A DNA stretch of 55,725 bases, the filler included, from Stramenopiles sp. TOSAG23-2 (Eukaryota), in assembly GCA_900128395.1 (NCBI GenBank). It is 3 parts of 3 records of this genome, joined end to end, with 100 filler letters (N's around TTAATTAATTAA, not from the genome) between each part and the next. Parts side by side here need not be neighbours in the genome. Positions count along the whole stretch, not along the records: positions 37,426 to 55,725 come from LT649609.1; 2 more parts are not named here. The stretch is one strand, 5' to 3'. Positions 43,301 to 51,621 of the stretch are shown here, piece by piece (the stretch's first letter is position 1; every line of letters begins with the position of its first letter). The notes beneath the pieces are model-generated. The model was not told the DNA's origin, did not search any database, and saw only the letters and a list, made by a program, of their open reading frames with translations. Position numbers and translations under genes: made by a program.

Positions 43301-44782
43301 AAAAACACCGTAGTATTCGCTTACAATTTTTAATTTTTTAAATATTAAATCTTCTTTAGAAAGTTTCTCATCTTCTTCAAGTTTTTCCAATCGCCTTGCT
43401 TCTCTCGCACGCTCCCGAACAATCTCTTGTGCTAACCAAGGAAGACGGCCTTTTATACCCAGCAAAACCTGACTTCTGTGTGTCATTTCACCCCTATTCT
43501 CCCTTGCCCACCTACTTCCAGGTAATATTTTTTCCCACAAATGTTTCCTACCACCCCAACCAAAAATTTCCCCGAATTTATTACATGCAAATGCTGTATT
43601 TTCGCCAACCCCAACCTCTGTGACACCTCTACCCCATAATGTTGAGCAGTGCGTTGCACAATATACATTATCAAAGTAACTAGCGTCTGGATCCATTTCA
43701 TTGTTTTTCTTTTTTTCTTTCGTTGATCCGTATACATGTAACGCACCTTGCTTTGCTAATTCGTCCGAGATCCTAGCTACTTGAAAATCTACTGGTGGGC
43801 CATTTGGTGCTACTCGTTTCGTAAACGTTTCGTCTACCTCTTTAAAACCATCAAAAACTTGACCGGGTCTAACAGCACCATGCAAAAATTGACCACGCGT
43901 TCCACTTCCAAATAAATAGACTTGCCCCGCAACATCTAACGCATTTCCTAACTCTATATGGGCTCGTTTACGTGCGGCTGCTACATCTACTTTCTTCTGG
44001 GCTAAATTTATCATGTGTGTTCTGAATGCTTCTGCTGTCGCAATGGCATGCGCTTCTTGATCTTCTTCTGCCTCTACTACTTCTGCCAACTTTTCCTTTA
44101 ATGCCCACGGGGTCATGAACAAGGGAAGCTCAACATCCCGTTTCTCTAGCTCTTTACGAGGGTTTACAATTTCTAACCAAATTTTTTTAAATTCGTGGTA
44201 TTCTACGGATCCGCTACCATCAGCATCTGCCTTATGAAATAAATACTCTAGTTTCGCATCATCTACGGGCATTTCCATATATTCTAGCGCCAAAGAAAAC
44301 TCATCCTCATCCAGGTTTCCAGATCCATCTTCATCGTACATTTCAAATGCATCTTTCGGCGATAATATAGACGAAGGTTTGAATCCAACACTGTTACCAC
44401 TATTAGGATCAGTCATGAATAGAGCAACTTTTAATTCATCCAGTCCAATTTCACCAGATCCATCTGTATCACATTGCCGAAAATATTTCAATGCTTTTGC
44501 TTCACTTAGTTTAACATTAAGTTCCGGCAACATAGTCTTGAATTCCTCAAAATCAATCGCACCTGAATTGTCTTCATCAAATCTTTTAAAAACTTCTTCC
44601 GGTGTTGCCTTTCGCCAATCTACTTTATCTTTGTTCTTGTTCTCACCATCCTCATCTTCATCATCATCATCCTTCTCTTTCTCTTCTATCTTGTATTCTT
44701 CATCAGATTCTTCGTCACTATCATCGTTTTTCTTTCTAGACTCATTTTCCAATTTGTCAATCACATCCTCCTCGTCAGACAT
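40310..44782 (-). CDS. EF-hand + RCC1-repeat + fucolectin/F5-8C-like domain protein
   Basis: Four EF loops (DEDNSGAIDFEE, DTDGSGEIGLDE, DEDGSGNLDEDE, DADGSGSVEYHE); RCC1 repeats (LYAWGDSTFGRLG, LFVWGSGDGGRLG, VYTWGSNNHG); HTQ...PWWEVDMG...LWNRED...GRYVRVQL. Confidence 0.87.
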   Translation of the reverse strand: MSDEEDVIDKLENESRKKNDDSDEESDEEYKIEEKEKDDDDEDEDGENKNKDKVDWRKATPEEVFKRFDEDNSGAIDFEEFKTMLPELNVKLSEAKALKYFRQCDTDGSGEIGLDELKVALFMTDPNSGNSVGFKPSSILSPKDAFEMYDEDGSGNLDEDEFSLALEYMEMPVDDAKLEYLFHKADADGSGSVEYHEFKKIWLEIVNPRKELEKRDVELPLFMTPWALKEKLAEVVEAEEDQEAHAIATAEAFRTHMINLAQKKVDVAAARKRAHIELGNALDVAGQVYLFGSGTRGQFLHGAVRPGQVFDGFKEVDETFTKRVAPNGPPVDFQVARISDELAKQGALHVYGSTKEKKKNNEMDPDASYFDNVYCATHCSTLWGRGVTEVGVGENTAFACNKFGEIFGWGGRKHLWEKILPGSRWARENRGEMTHRSQVLLGIKGRLPWLAQEIVRERAREARRLEKLEEDEKLSKEDLIFKKLKIVSEYYGVFKPPQGNVNDKVKYMRDNILPLLEQKVLLFTLEVRNHAKLGKNKNNEQLCFAIYDDLKFELKMIGGSEQKRLKTIEFEAYDFRKRGNREKATKFTEEIKEVWEVLGIKQQEERERHARRKYQREKREYLKLERRYKLWRQREAEGDVDYADRTERGGGRVVVGGITERGPGPTITPMGGRVKTIGVGAHHVIAAHHAGDLYAWGDSTFGRLGIPSDDVDPNARVERTVPTLVEAIKGRGAKKIAAGYSHNIAIVKGDQLYVWGGVASGKLGIGPIAQEFEAYVQYPIPLPLPGDRRVRTVSCGNSHSAAVCMSGELFVWGSGDGGRLGLGSGDGQKIHPRPTLVEYLVGMDVMVTLVACGSAHTVISLVVKKRTRGTGHTQIIEYTGGELLQCGAAAAIGKFRPRFEVINKMKDKPVKSLACGNNHSAAVTVYGEVYTWGSNNHGCSGHPTSCRFNYEPTVIKCLFVSSESLGLNRPSELSSVYNKREAILANNGDNNGDGEDKCVHTQMDQNPWWEVDMGRLAVVHTIVLWNREDMPADPSLGPDYYSRRLFPCWIMISASPFEKGTGGDNLSGSFNMAVARKKFTAVKRRTTWSLPVNTVGRYVRVQLESTNYLHFAQCQIFGTWGTAKSVGPADRVYCGAQNTAVVIDVDKDPDEVELCYKRAVQADPYNAHILRQYKEYYGHYDEYGENISAKVKCLTCRGGVKCELCVLRHSWPVEKCRGYVKRAPGGRVLRLKEIAHLILEDPVKPVKWHHKKKKKKSLFGSSATQKQEYEEDDDEDDEDEQKTIEEKLLEEDQEKMIMNVDEMNAADLELMLEDDMDEESDDGEKIEEVQRLLKEAEENKAAQGIVGKVGSISTSGLFSPHSNNDEGKEGETVLNDEDGSKKKKKRSFFSRLFGTARKEERKNEEKNGENEGKKQDFGDETKTNDDNVSNDGSETGSVNSKGSKGSRDSKGSRGSRSSRGSTDSKGKRKKKKKKKSKRKSEESSHKSTKK

Positions 44783-45794
44783 TCTTTTTATTGTAAGACG
44801 AGAACGGAATTTAACGATTAAAACTTGGGTTTAAATTAAATTTCGAACTCAATATCTTTCCACAAGACTTCAATGATTATATATGTGTCTAAAAAATAGT
44901 TTTTATCTGATTGCAATAGCTTGTTACATGAACTAATAATGCTATATTCCATTATTATATTTAATATTTAGTTGTTGTAATTATATAATACTATGGTGTA
45001 GGCTTGGTTTTATACAACAGCCGTTGTAAAAATGTAATAGTGTAATAATCTGGTATTATTACTGTAATAATTATATTATACTAGTAATTATTAGACTAAG
45101 ATATTCTCAAATCTACGAGGATTCCTCGTATTGAGTATTGATAAGCGCCTATATAAAATGTCGCTTTTAGTTTACGTGGTAGGTGGTGGTGTGGTGGTAT
45201 TAATAAATGGTAAATGGCTGGATGGCACAAAGAGCCTGCTAAAAAGCTGGAAAAAGCCTGGAAAGCACCAAAACAAAAGGCTGGATTACCTTAAAAAATG
45301 ATAAATAGATAAAATGTGTCATACTAATACGAGGAGTCGACTATACGAGGACGAGAACTAAATTATGGGCTGGACGTTGAGCAGTTTTTAAATACGAGGA
45401 ATTACCACCAGTACCAGGTATTATACGGAATGCTGGAATGCCAGAATGCTGGAATGCACGAATTACGCATCAAGTTTTTTCGTTTTACTATTATAATTAT
45501 ACCAAGTAAGTCCAGTTTCCAGTGCAAGTCCAGCATCAGTTACACAGCGTACATCATGCTTTTACCATGTAATATATGTATTTCTAATAATCTATCCAGC
45601 TATCATAACACCAATTATGTAATAATAGTTACTGTAAAGTATATGTTTTGTAAAAGTTATAAAAAAGATCAACAGATTATTATCGTCGATTTCATCTGCA
45701 TAGGTTTGATTCATTGCATTACCAAAGTATTTTAAAAACAGTTAGGTAAAAAGTCCTTTGCAGTGAACGGTATTTTCTATAACTAAATCTGAAC

Positions 45795-47669
45795 ATGCCC
45801 ATGCAAAAAGGCAAGACAAATATAATCCGAACACCTTCAGTTACAGTTAAGCGGAACAATGGTAAGCCAAAGACAGCTGGTAAAATAGAGCCTAATAGAC
45901 CAAAAAATGTAAATCAAAAGAAGACACAGCAAAGACGCAGTAGACCCGGGCGAAAGGTAGGAGTCCGATCAAATGCAGAAATGTTATCAATGAATCCCGA
46001 AGAAGAATCTGCTGTTGAAAAGGAAACTAGGAAATGTTCTGCTGATTTAGAAGAACGACTGATGGAGATAACAAAGCAAGAAATAGAAAATGCTTCAAAA
46101 CTATCTCAAAGATTAAGAAAACGATGCGATTATTTTCAAGCCGCATGCAAAGAAAAGCAAGCAAACATTGCTAAAATTAGACAAGAGATTGCAATACTAA
46201 AACAATCATCAAGTCAATCAGCTGGACATTCATTACAGGTACAAAAAAACAAACTGGAAGAGGATTTAGTGATTTTACAAGGAGACTATGACTCTGTTGT
46301 TGCTCAATCGGAAGTATTTGACCATATGTACAAGCGAATTACTCGTGATCTTAAATCGACGGATAAACAAATGATTTCCATACAAGTACAACTGAGACAA
46401 GTAGAAAAAAAATACGATGAAGCGTTTCGTAAGCATTTAAAAACGCAACAAAGTAGAGATGTCGCTGTTAAAACTGCAGCCAGATTAGAGGCAAAGCTGG
46501 CAAAGGGTAGAGAAAGGCAACATGCAGAATTATTAAAAATCAAACATGTCATTATGGAAAGTAAATTACAACGGGAAAAAATTAAAGAATATGTTGAAAA
46601 GACGGACCCAGCAAAAAAAAAGAAAGGTAAACTAGGAGCCTTGTTTGCTACCAAGCAACTGCAAGCGTCCCTAGTAGGACAACAAATAAAAGAAGAATCA
46701 GAGAAGATGGATTCGCTTTCAATGGCCTTTGCAAAAATACAAAATTCTACCGGACTTAGTGATGTAAATGAAATTGTTCAGAAATTTTTAACACGTGACG
46801 AAACCTACGAATCTTTATGTAAATCAGCGGAAAGCGCAAGGCAACAAATCGATGATCTTAGAAATGAGCAGGTAGAATTAAATACAAAATTAGCTGAACT
46901 ACAAAGTGGTGGTGGTTCAGTAGGTAATCGCGAATTATATAAAGAAGTTGATGTGCATGAACGAAAATTGAGCGAGGCTCAACGTTTATATCGTGATTGT
47001 AGGGATAGAAATATGAGGGTGCAGGTGTTATTAGAAGAGTGCCGTAGTAGCGTTTTGAAGTTTTTAAACATACTCGATCCATCCACGAAAGCGGAGAAGC
47101 CAACCTTACAAAAGTTGCCAGAGTCCTTGTCTATCGTTGAAATAAGAGTATCAAAAATGTTAGATTTAGTTGCTGCATCATTGAAAAATCCATTAGCTAA
47201 ACATGGAAGCGCTATTAAAACGACTGATATACCACCACAAGATAGAAAACCAATGTCACCTAATAAAGCAGAAAAAACTTCCATCTTGGCTACCCCACAA
47301 GCTGACGAATTAATTTTCCAAAGTATTATGAATGCACAACCGGATACATCACCAAGAAATGTTAGAATCGCGAAGCAAAAAGCCAGACAGGGAGAAGAAT
47401 CAGCTGTGGCAACGATTATGGGATATGATATTCCTGTTCTTGGCGATGAAGATTGGGATATAAACTCTATGAAAACCCCGAGCTCAATGTACTCAAGTAG
47501 TGACGAGGACAGTGGTGACGAAAGACCGATTTTAGTGAAAAAAACTTTGGACAGGAGACAAATGAAAAAGAGAGCAAATAAATTAATAGAAAAATCAAGA
47601 AAAGAAATTGCAAAAGAAAAAGAAAAAGCACCTGTAGAAGTAGAAAAAAAAAAAAGAAATCGTCGATAA
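45795..47669 (+). CDS. Outer dynein arm docking complex-type coiled-coil protein (CCDC151/ODAD3-like)
   Basis: Coiled coil with the motif AFAKIQNSTGLSDVNEIVQKFLTRDET, typical of the ODAD1/ODAD3 family. Confidence 0.7.
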   Translation: MPMQKGKTNIIRTPSVTVKRNNGKPKTAGKIEPNRPKNVNQKKTQQRRSRPGRKVGVRSNAEMLSMNPEEESAVEKETRKCSADLEERLMEITKQEIENASKLSQRLRKRCDYFQAACKEKQANIAKIRQEIAILKQSSSQSAGHSLQVQKNKLEEDLVILQGDYDSVVAQSEVFDHMYKRITRDLKSTDKQMISIQVQLRQVEKKYDEAFRKHLKTQQSRDVAVKTAARLEAKLAKGRERQHAELLKIKHVIMESKLQREKIKEYVEKTDPAKKKKGKLGALFATKQLQASLVGQQIKEESEKMDSLSMAFAKIQNSTGLSDVNEIVQKFLTRDETYESLCKSAESARQQIDDLRNEQVELNTKLAELQSGGGSVGNRELYKEVDVHERKLSEAQRLYRDCRDRNMRVQVLLEECRSSVLKFLNILDPSTKAEKPTLQKLPESLSIVEIRVSKMLDLVAASLKNPLAKHGSAIKTTDIPPQDRKPMSPNKAEKTSILATPQADELIFQSIMNAQPDTSPRNVRIAKQKARQGEESAVATIMGYDIPVLGDEDWDINSMKTPSSMYSSSDEDSGDERPILVKKTLDRRQMKKRANKLIEKSRKEIAKEKEKAPVEVEKKKRNRR

Positions 47670-47676
47670 CACCACA

Positions 47677-48290
47677 ATGATACGAATTCGTACCGGAGTA
47701 GCTATGATAGGTCCATATGCGAGTAATCATTACGTATATAAAATTTTCTCTTATCATACTCATATATATTATATTTTAAAAAATATATGCATCATATAAA
47801 AAATTCTCTTACTTATGATACGAATTCGTACCGGAGTAGCTATGATAGGTCCATATGCGAGTAATCATTATATAAAATTTTCTCTTATCATACTCATATA
47901 TATTATATTTTAAAAAATATATAAAAAATTCTCTTACTTAAAAAATATATATATTATATAATATTAGAGTAAGAGAACATTTTATAGATAATATATATAT
48001 ATTGGTTAAAATCTAAGTTATAATAATTTTACACTTCTCGTGTTAAAGTAATGATACGAATTCGTACCGGAGTAGCTATGATAGGTCCATATGCGAGTAA
48101 TCATTACGTATATAAAATTTTCTCTTATCATACTCATATATATTATATTTTAAAAAATATATGCATCATATAAAAAATTCTCTTACTTAAAAAATACGAG
48201 TATATATATTTAATTTACGCATAATTTATACGAGTATATATATATTATATATATATTAAGAGTAAGAGAACATTTTATAGAGATAATATA
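47677..48290. repeat. Three near-identical copies of a ~125-140 bp unit just 3' of the CCDC151-like gene
   Basis: atgatacgaattcgtaccggagtagc... at 47677, 47815 and 48051. Confidence 0.9.
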
Positions 48291-48340
48291 TAATATACTC
48301 GTATTATAATTATTTAAAAATAATTTAAATTTGTACGCGT

Positions 48341-48603
48341 GCATAATTTACGCTTTCGTATTTTTTAATTTACTCATGATAATTCCTCTAGATGCATATG
48401 ATACTCTTCAAAGGAATACAATAACTGAGACAATATAACATCTTTCTCACACTAGTGTGTTTTGATATTCCCATAATAGAGAAATACCAATGAAGGTAAA
48501 TAGATGGTATCAACTTGCAGTTAATGAAAAACGGACATCATAGGAAGGCGAAGAATAAATTGTACCGGGGTACAAGTCATTATACGACTCGCCAAATGCA
48601 CAT
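48341..48603 (+). repeat. Dispersed ~260-bp intergenic repeat, copy 1
   Basis: Colinear with 54222-54560 (tttaatttactcatgataattcc ... cacactagtgtg ... ccaatgaaggtaaataga ... ttgtacc..ggtacaa ... ccaaatgcacat). Confidence 0.85.
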
Positions 48604-48734
48604 ATATATATATATATACGAGTAATATAAATATAATATTATACTCGTATATATATACATGTATTTTTATTTTTATTAAAAAATACATATTAATATATCT
48701 CATCAGTACGATGTATCATATGTCTTCGATTTTA

Positions 48735-48805
48735 GTGAGATAGATTTTAATATTGACGCAAATCATTAGTATTCCCAACGGAGAGTAAGGAATTGTCATG
48801 GGGTA
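48735..48805 (-). repeat. Partial inverted copy of the 5' part of the dispersed repeat
   Basis: Minus strand catgacaattccttactct...gaatac...aatctatctcac matches 54250-54304. Confidence 0.65.
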
Positions 48806-48950
48806 GAAAAATAAAAAATTAAAATACGCGTACTTTAGTATGATAATATGATATTTATATTTTATAAAATATTATAATATATATATAATATATATACATA
48901 CTCGTATATCAATATCACATCCAAAAAAATAAAAAAGAGGGGCCTTTTTT

Positions 48951-50750
48951 TTATTCTCTTTTATCTCTCCTGATCAAAGTTTGGCCATGTAATGGTATTA
49001 ATTTCATTCTTCGATCATAATCTTCTTTTGTTTCACTAACAAATGCCTTCCATGGATTATTTAATGGTTTGTTATTAACATGTAAACGCGGACCATTTTT
49101 TTTTGATTTGTGAATAGATGGTGGTAAAATACCAGGTGGATTAACAGTAGCTTCTTTACGTTTACCAGCACCGAGCAATTCTGCAATTTCTTTACGTTTT
49201 CTTTCTTCCTGCTGTTTTCTCATTAAATTTGGATCCGTAGGCGGTGCTGGCGGTACTGGATGTGTTCCCCTGGTAAATACCAAAGAAGCCGTTGCTGGAC
49301 GACATCTTAATGCATTTGATGTTGTGTTTTTTTTTGAAACATCGTTTATAACGCCGAAGACCATAGATTTACGCCTTGCGGTTGCCTGTGTCCTTTGTTT
49401 TACATTATCATCAATAACTTTGACCACTTCACGATTCTTTTTAATTTTAAAATTTCTATATACATTCATACGTTTAACAGACGGTCGCAAATCATGAGCT
49501 TCCTGAGCTCTAATTTCTTTTGCATCTTTCTTTTTATCACGCCATACTTTTAAAGCCATCTCCGCTTCGCTCTTTACTGCTGATTTTTTCAACATCGGAC
49601 CTGAATCTTCAGCGTCTTGCATGGATGTTACTCTGACTCCCTTACCAATATTCCCTTGTACTGCCCGATCAGTATTTTCAAATTCCAATAGTAAACCAGC
49701 AACCCCAGGTGTAATTGACAATGGCTGAGTTTTGATGTCATCGAAAATAAAATCTTGCCATTTTCTAAAAAATTCGTCTATTTTCATATCACCACTTACA
49801 TGTTTATAATTTGCAACTACACGCGATATCTCATGTCTATTGTATTTTTTTGCATAATCAAAAACATTTTCACCCTCTACATTTTCTATATATGGATCCG
49901 CACCAAAACGGATCAAAGCGATAATTAAATTGATTATATTATACCTGGTCGCCAAGTGCAATGATGTATTCCCATCAAATCTTTGACAATTAATATTTGC
50001 ATTGTGTGCTAATAATAATAGCGACATTTCAATGATATATTCACCTTCTTTTCGTATGACTTCACTCCTTAATTTAGGATTCATTTCAAATTTACTCCAT
50101 GGCATTAAAAAAACAGGCCTTCCAGCATGATCTTTTACATTTGGATTTGCATCCATTTTCAACAAACCTTCAGTGAAAAAGATATCTCTTTTTCTAACAG
50201 CATCAACTAAAGCCGTTTCGCCATTGTCTTTTTGCAAATTTATACCGTCAAACTTGTATTGCATTGCTAAGTCGTTAATTTGATGAATATCAGCTTTCTT
50301 GACTGCTCTCCAAAAGCGTTCAGTCAACATAGGATCTTGTCGTTGTGAGCTATTAATCATTCTTTGTACCTCGGTTGACCTAGCATCAACAATTTCTTCA
50401 ATTCTTTTAAATGTTTTACCTACACCGTAATTTTGCCTCATGTTTTGCAAAATTGCATATGTTTTCATTCGCAAGGATCTATTATGCTCTTCCTCTTTAA
50501 TTCGTTTCTCTACTGCATGATCCATTCGTTGTTGGTGATATTTCCTCCAATTTTGACGGTCTTGTTCAATACGCAACTGCGTTCCTGGTATTGGATGCTT
50601 GGAGTGAATTTTATGTGCGTGATAATTACCACGGAATTCGCGTATGGTATAGGGTTCAGTTACAAGGGAGTGATTGCGATGGCTCCGTTTGCCGCTAGGC
50701 GCAACCTTAGGAAGAGAAATGCTATTGGTTTCTGGTCTCTCTAGTTGCAT
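48951..50750 (-). CDS. Ankyrin-repeat protein
   Basis: NGETALVDAV, DANPNVKDHAGRP, DGNTSLHLATRYN, FGADPYIENVEGENVFDYA. Confidence 0.85.
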   Translation of the reverse strand: MQLERPETNSISLPKVAPSGKRSHRNHSLVTEPYTIREFRGNYHAHKIHSKHPIPGTQLRIEQDRQNWRKYHQQRMDHAVEKRIKEEEHNRSLRMKTYAILQNMRQNYGVGKTFKRIEEIVDARSTEVQRMINSSQRQDPMLTERFWRAVKKADIHQINDLAMQYKFDGINLQKDNGETALVDAVRKRDIFFTEGLLKMDANPNVKDHAGRPVFLMPWSKFEMNPKLRSEVIRKEGEYIIEMSLLLLAHNANINCQRFDGNTSLHLATRYNIINLIIALIRFGADPYIENVEGENVFDYAKKYNRHEISRVVANYKHVSGDMKIDEFFRKWQDFIFDDIKTQPLSITPGVAGLLLEFENTDRAVQGNIGKGVRVTSMQDAEDSGPMLKKSAVKSEAEMALKVWRDKKKDAKEIRAQEAHDLRPSVKRMNVYRNFKIKKNREVVKVIDDNVKQRTQATARRKSMVFGVINDVSKKNTTSNALRCRPATASLVFTRGTHPVPPAPPTDPNLMRKQQEERKRKEIAELLGAGKRKEATVNPPGILPPSIHKSKKNGPRLHVNNKPLNNPWKAFVSETKEDYDRRMKLIPLHGQTLIRRDKRE

Positions 50751-51621
50751 ATTTATTAAAGAGATAGCTTATCTTTATAGACTATGTAACGTTATACTTT
50801 TGGAACATGAAAATACTTTTTCTTACTACACTGCAACTGGTTTGAATGATAACGTTTTTTTGCGCGTCTTGGTTAACTCATCTTATCTGCACCAAACACG
50901 TCTAATTATATATCTTAAAAAACAATAAGAAGACACGTGACCAAGAGTAGACTAATAATTATATAATAATATTAATTATTATTAATAATCTGTAGTAGTA
51001 TAATAATAATAAATGAAAGTAAGCTGTGGCCACCAGCAGGTATAATAATAAGCCAGTCCTGTCGTCCTGTCAGTCCATTGATGGAGGCGAAGAGCGCATT
51101 ATAATAAAAAAAAAAGACAAACGGCTACTATTACTTACATAGACTACCATCTGGTGGTAGCTACCTGCTATTATGGTAACCATTGTTTTTTTAAAATATG
51201 ACTGTACGAGATACAAAAGAACGCAACACTTGCACCTAACACGCTAAAAAAAGGCTGTTTGCGCTGTGTATGCTGGTATGCTGGTATGCTCTGGTATGTT
51301 ATTGTCTTTTTAAGCTATAAAAGCTAGAGCTCGTATAGGGTATAATCGTCCCAAAAGTATATAATACAGTACCCGGTATACTACATAGACTACCACCAAG
51401 CATAGATTACCTCGTATTACTTGCGTGGTGAGCACGTGAATCTCTCTCATGCTGATGCTAAAAGGCACATGCAAACTCACAGATAAGTGGTATATTTTTA
51501 AAAAAAATTCAAAATCTACTTATTAATTTTAGAAAACAACAAAAGAGGAAGCATTTGCTGCGTAAAAAGCGTGGATATACATACTACAATTTCCACACTT
51601 TTCGTCATACACCGCATTAAA

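Noticed and set aside
32514-44782. Apparent Ran-cycle cluster (RanGAP next to an RCC1-repeat gene)
   Set aside because: The two genes are on different contigs separated by an artificial spacer, and RCC1-like repeats do not imply RanGEF activity.
47677-48290. CRISPR-like array
   Set aside because: Units are long and the intervening sequences are themselves repeated rather than unique spacers; eukaryotic context and no cas genes.
48376-48428. Box C/D snoRNA or SECIS-like ATGA...CTGA in the dispersed repeat
   Set aside because: Spacing is too short and not conserved between copies, the third copy lacks CTGA, and I could identify no rRNA complement or selenoprotein.
48690-48735. Hammerhead-like CTGATGAG on the minus strand
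   Set aside because: No GAAA core in the right place, and stems I and III cannot form.
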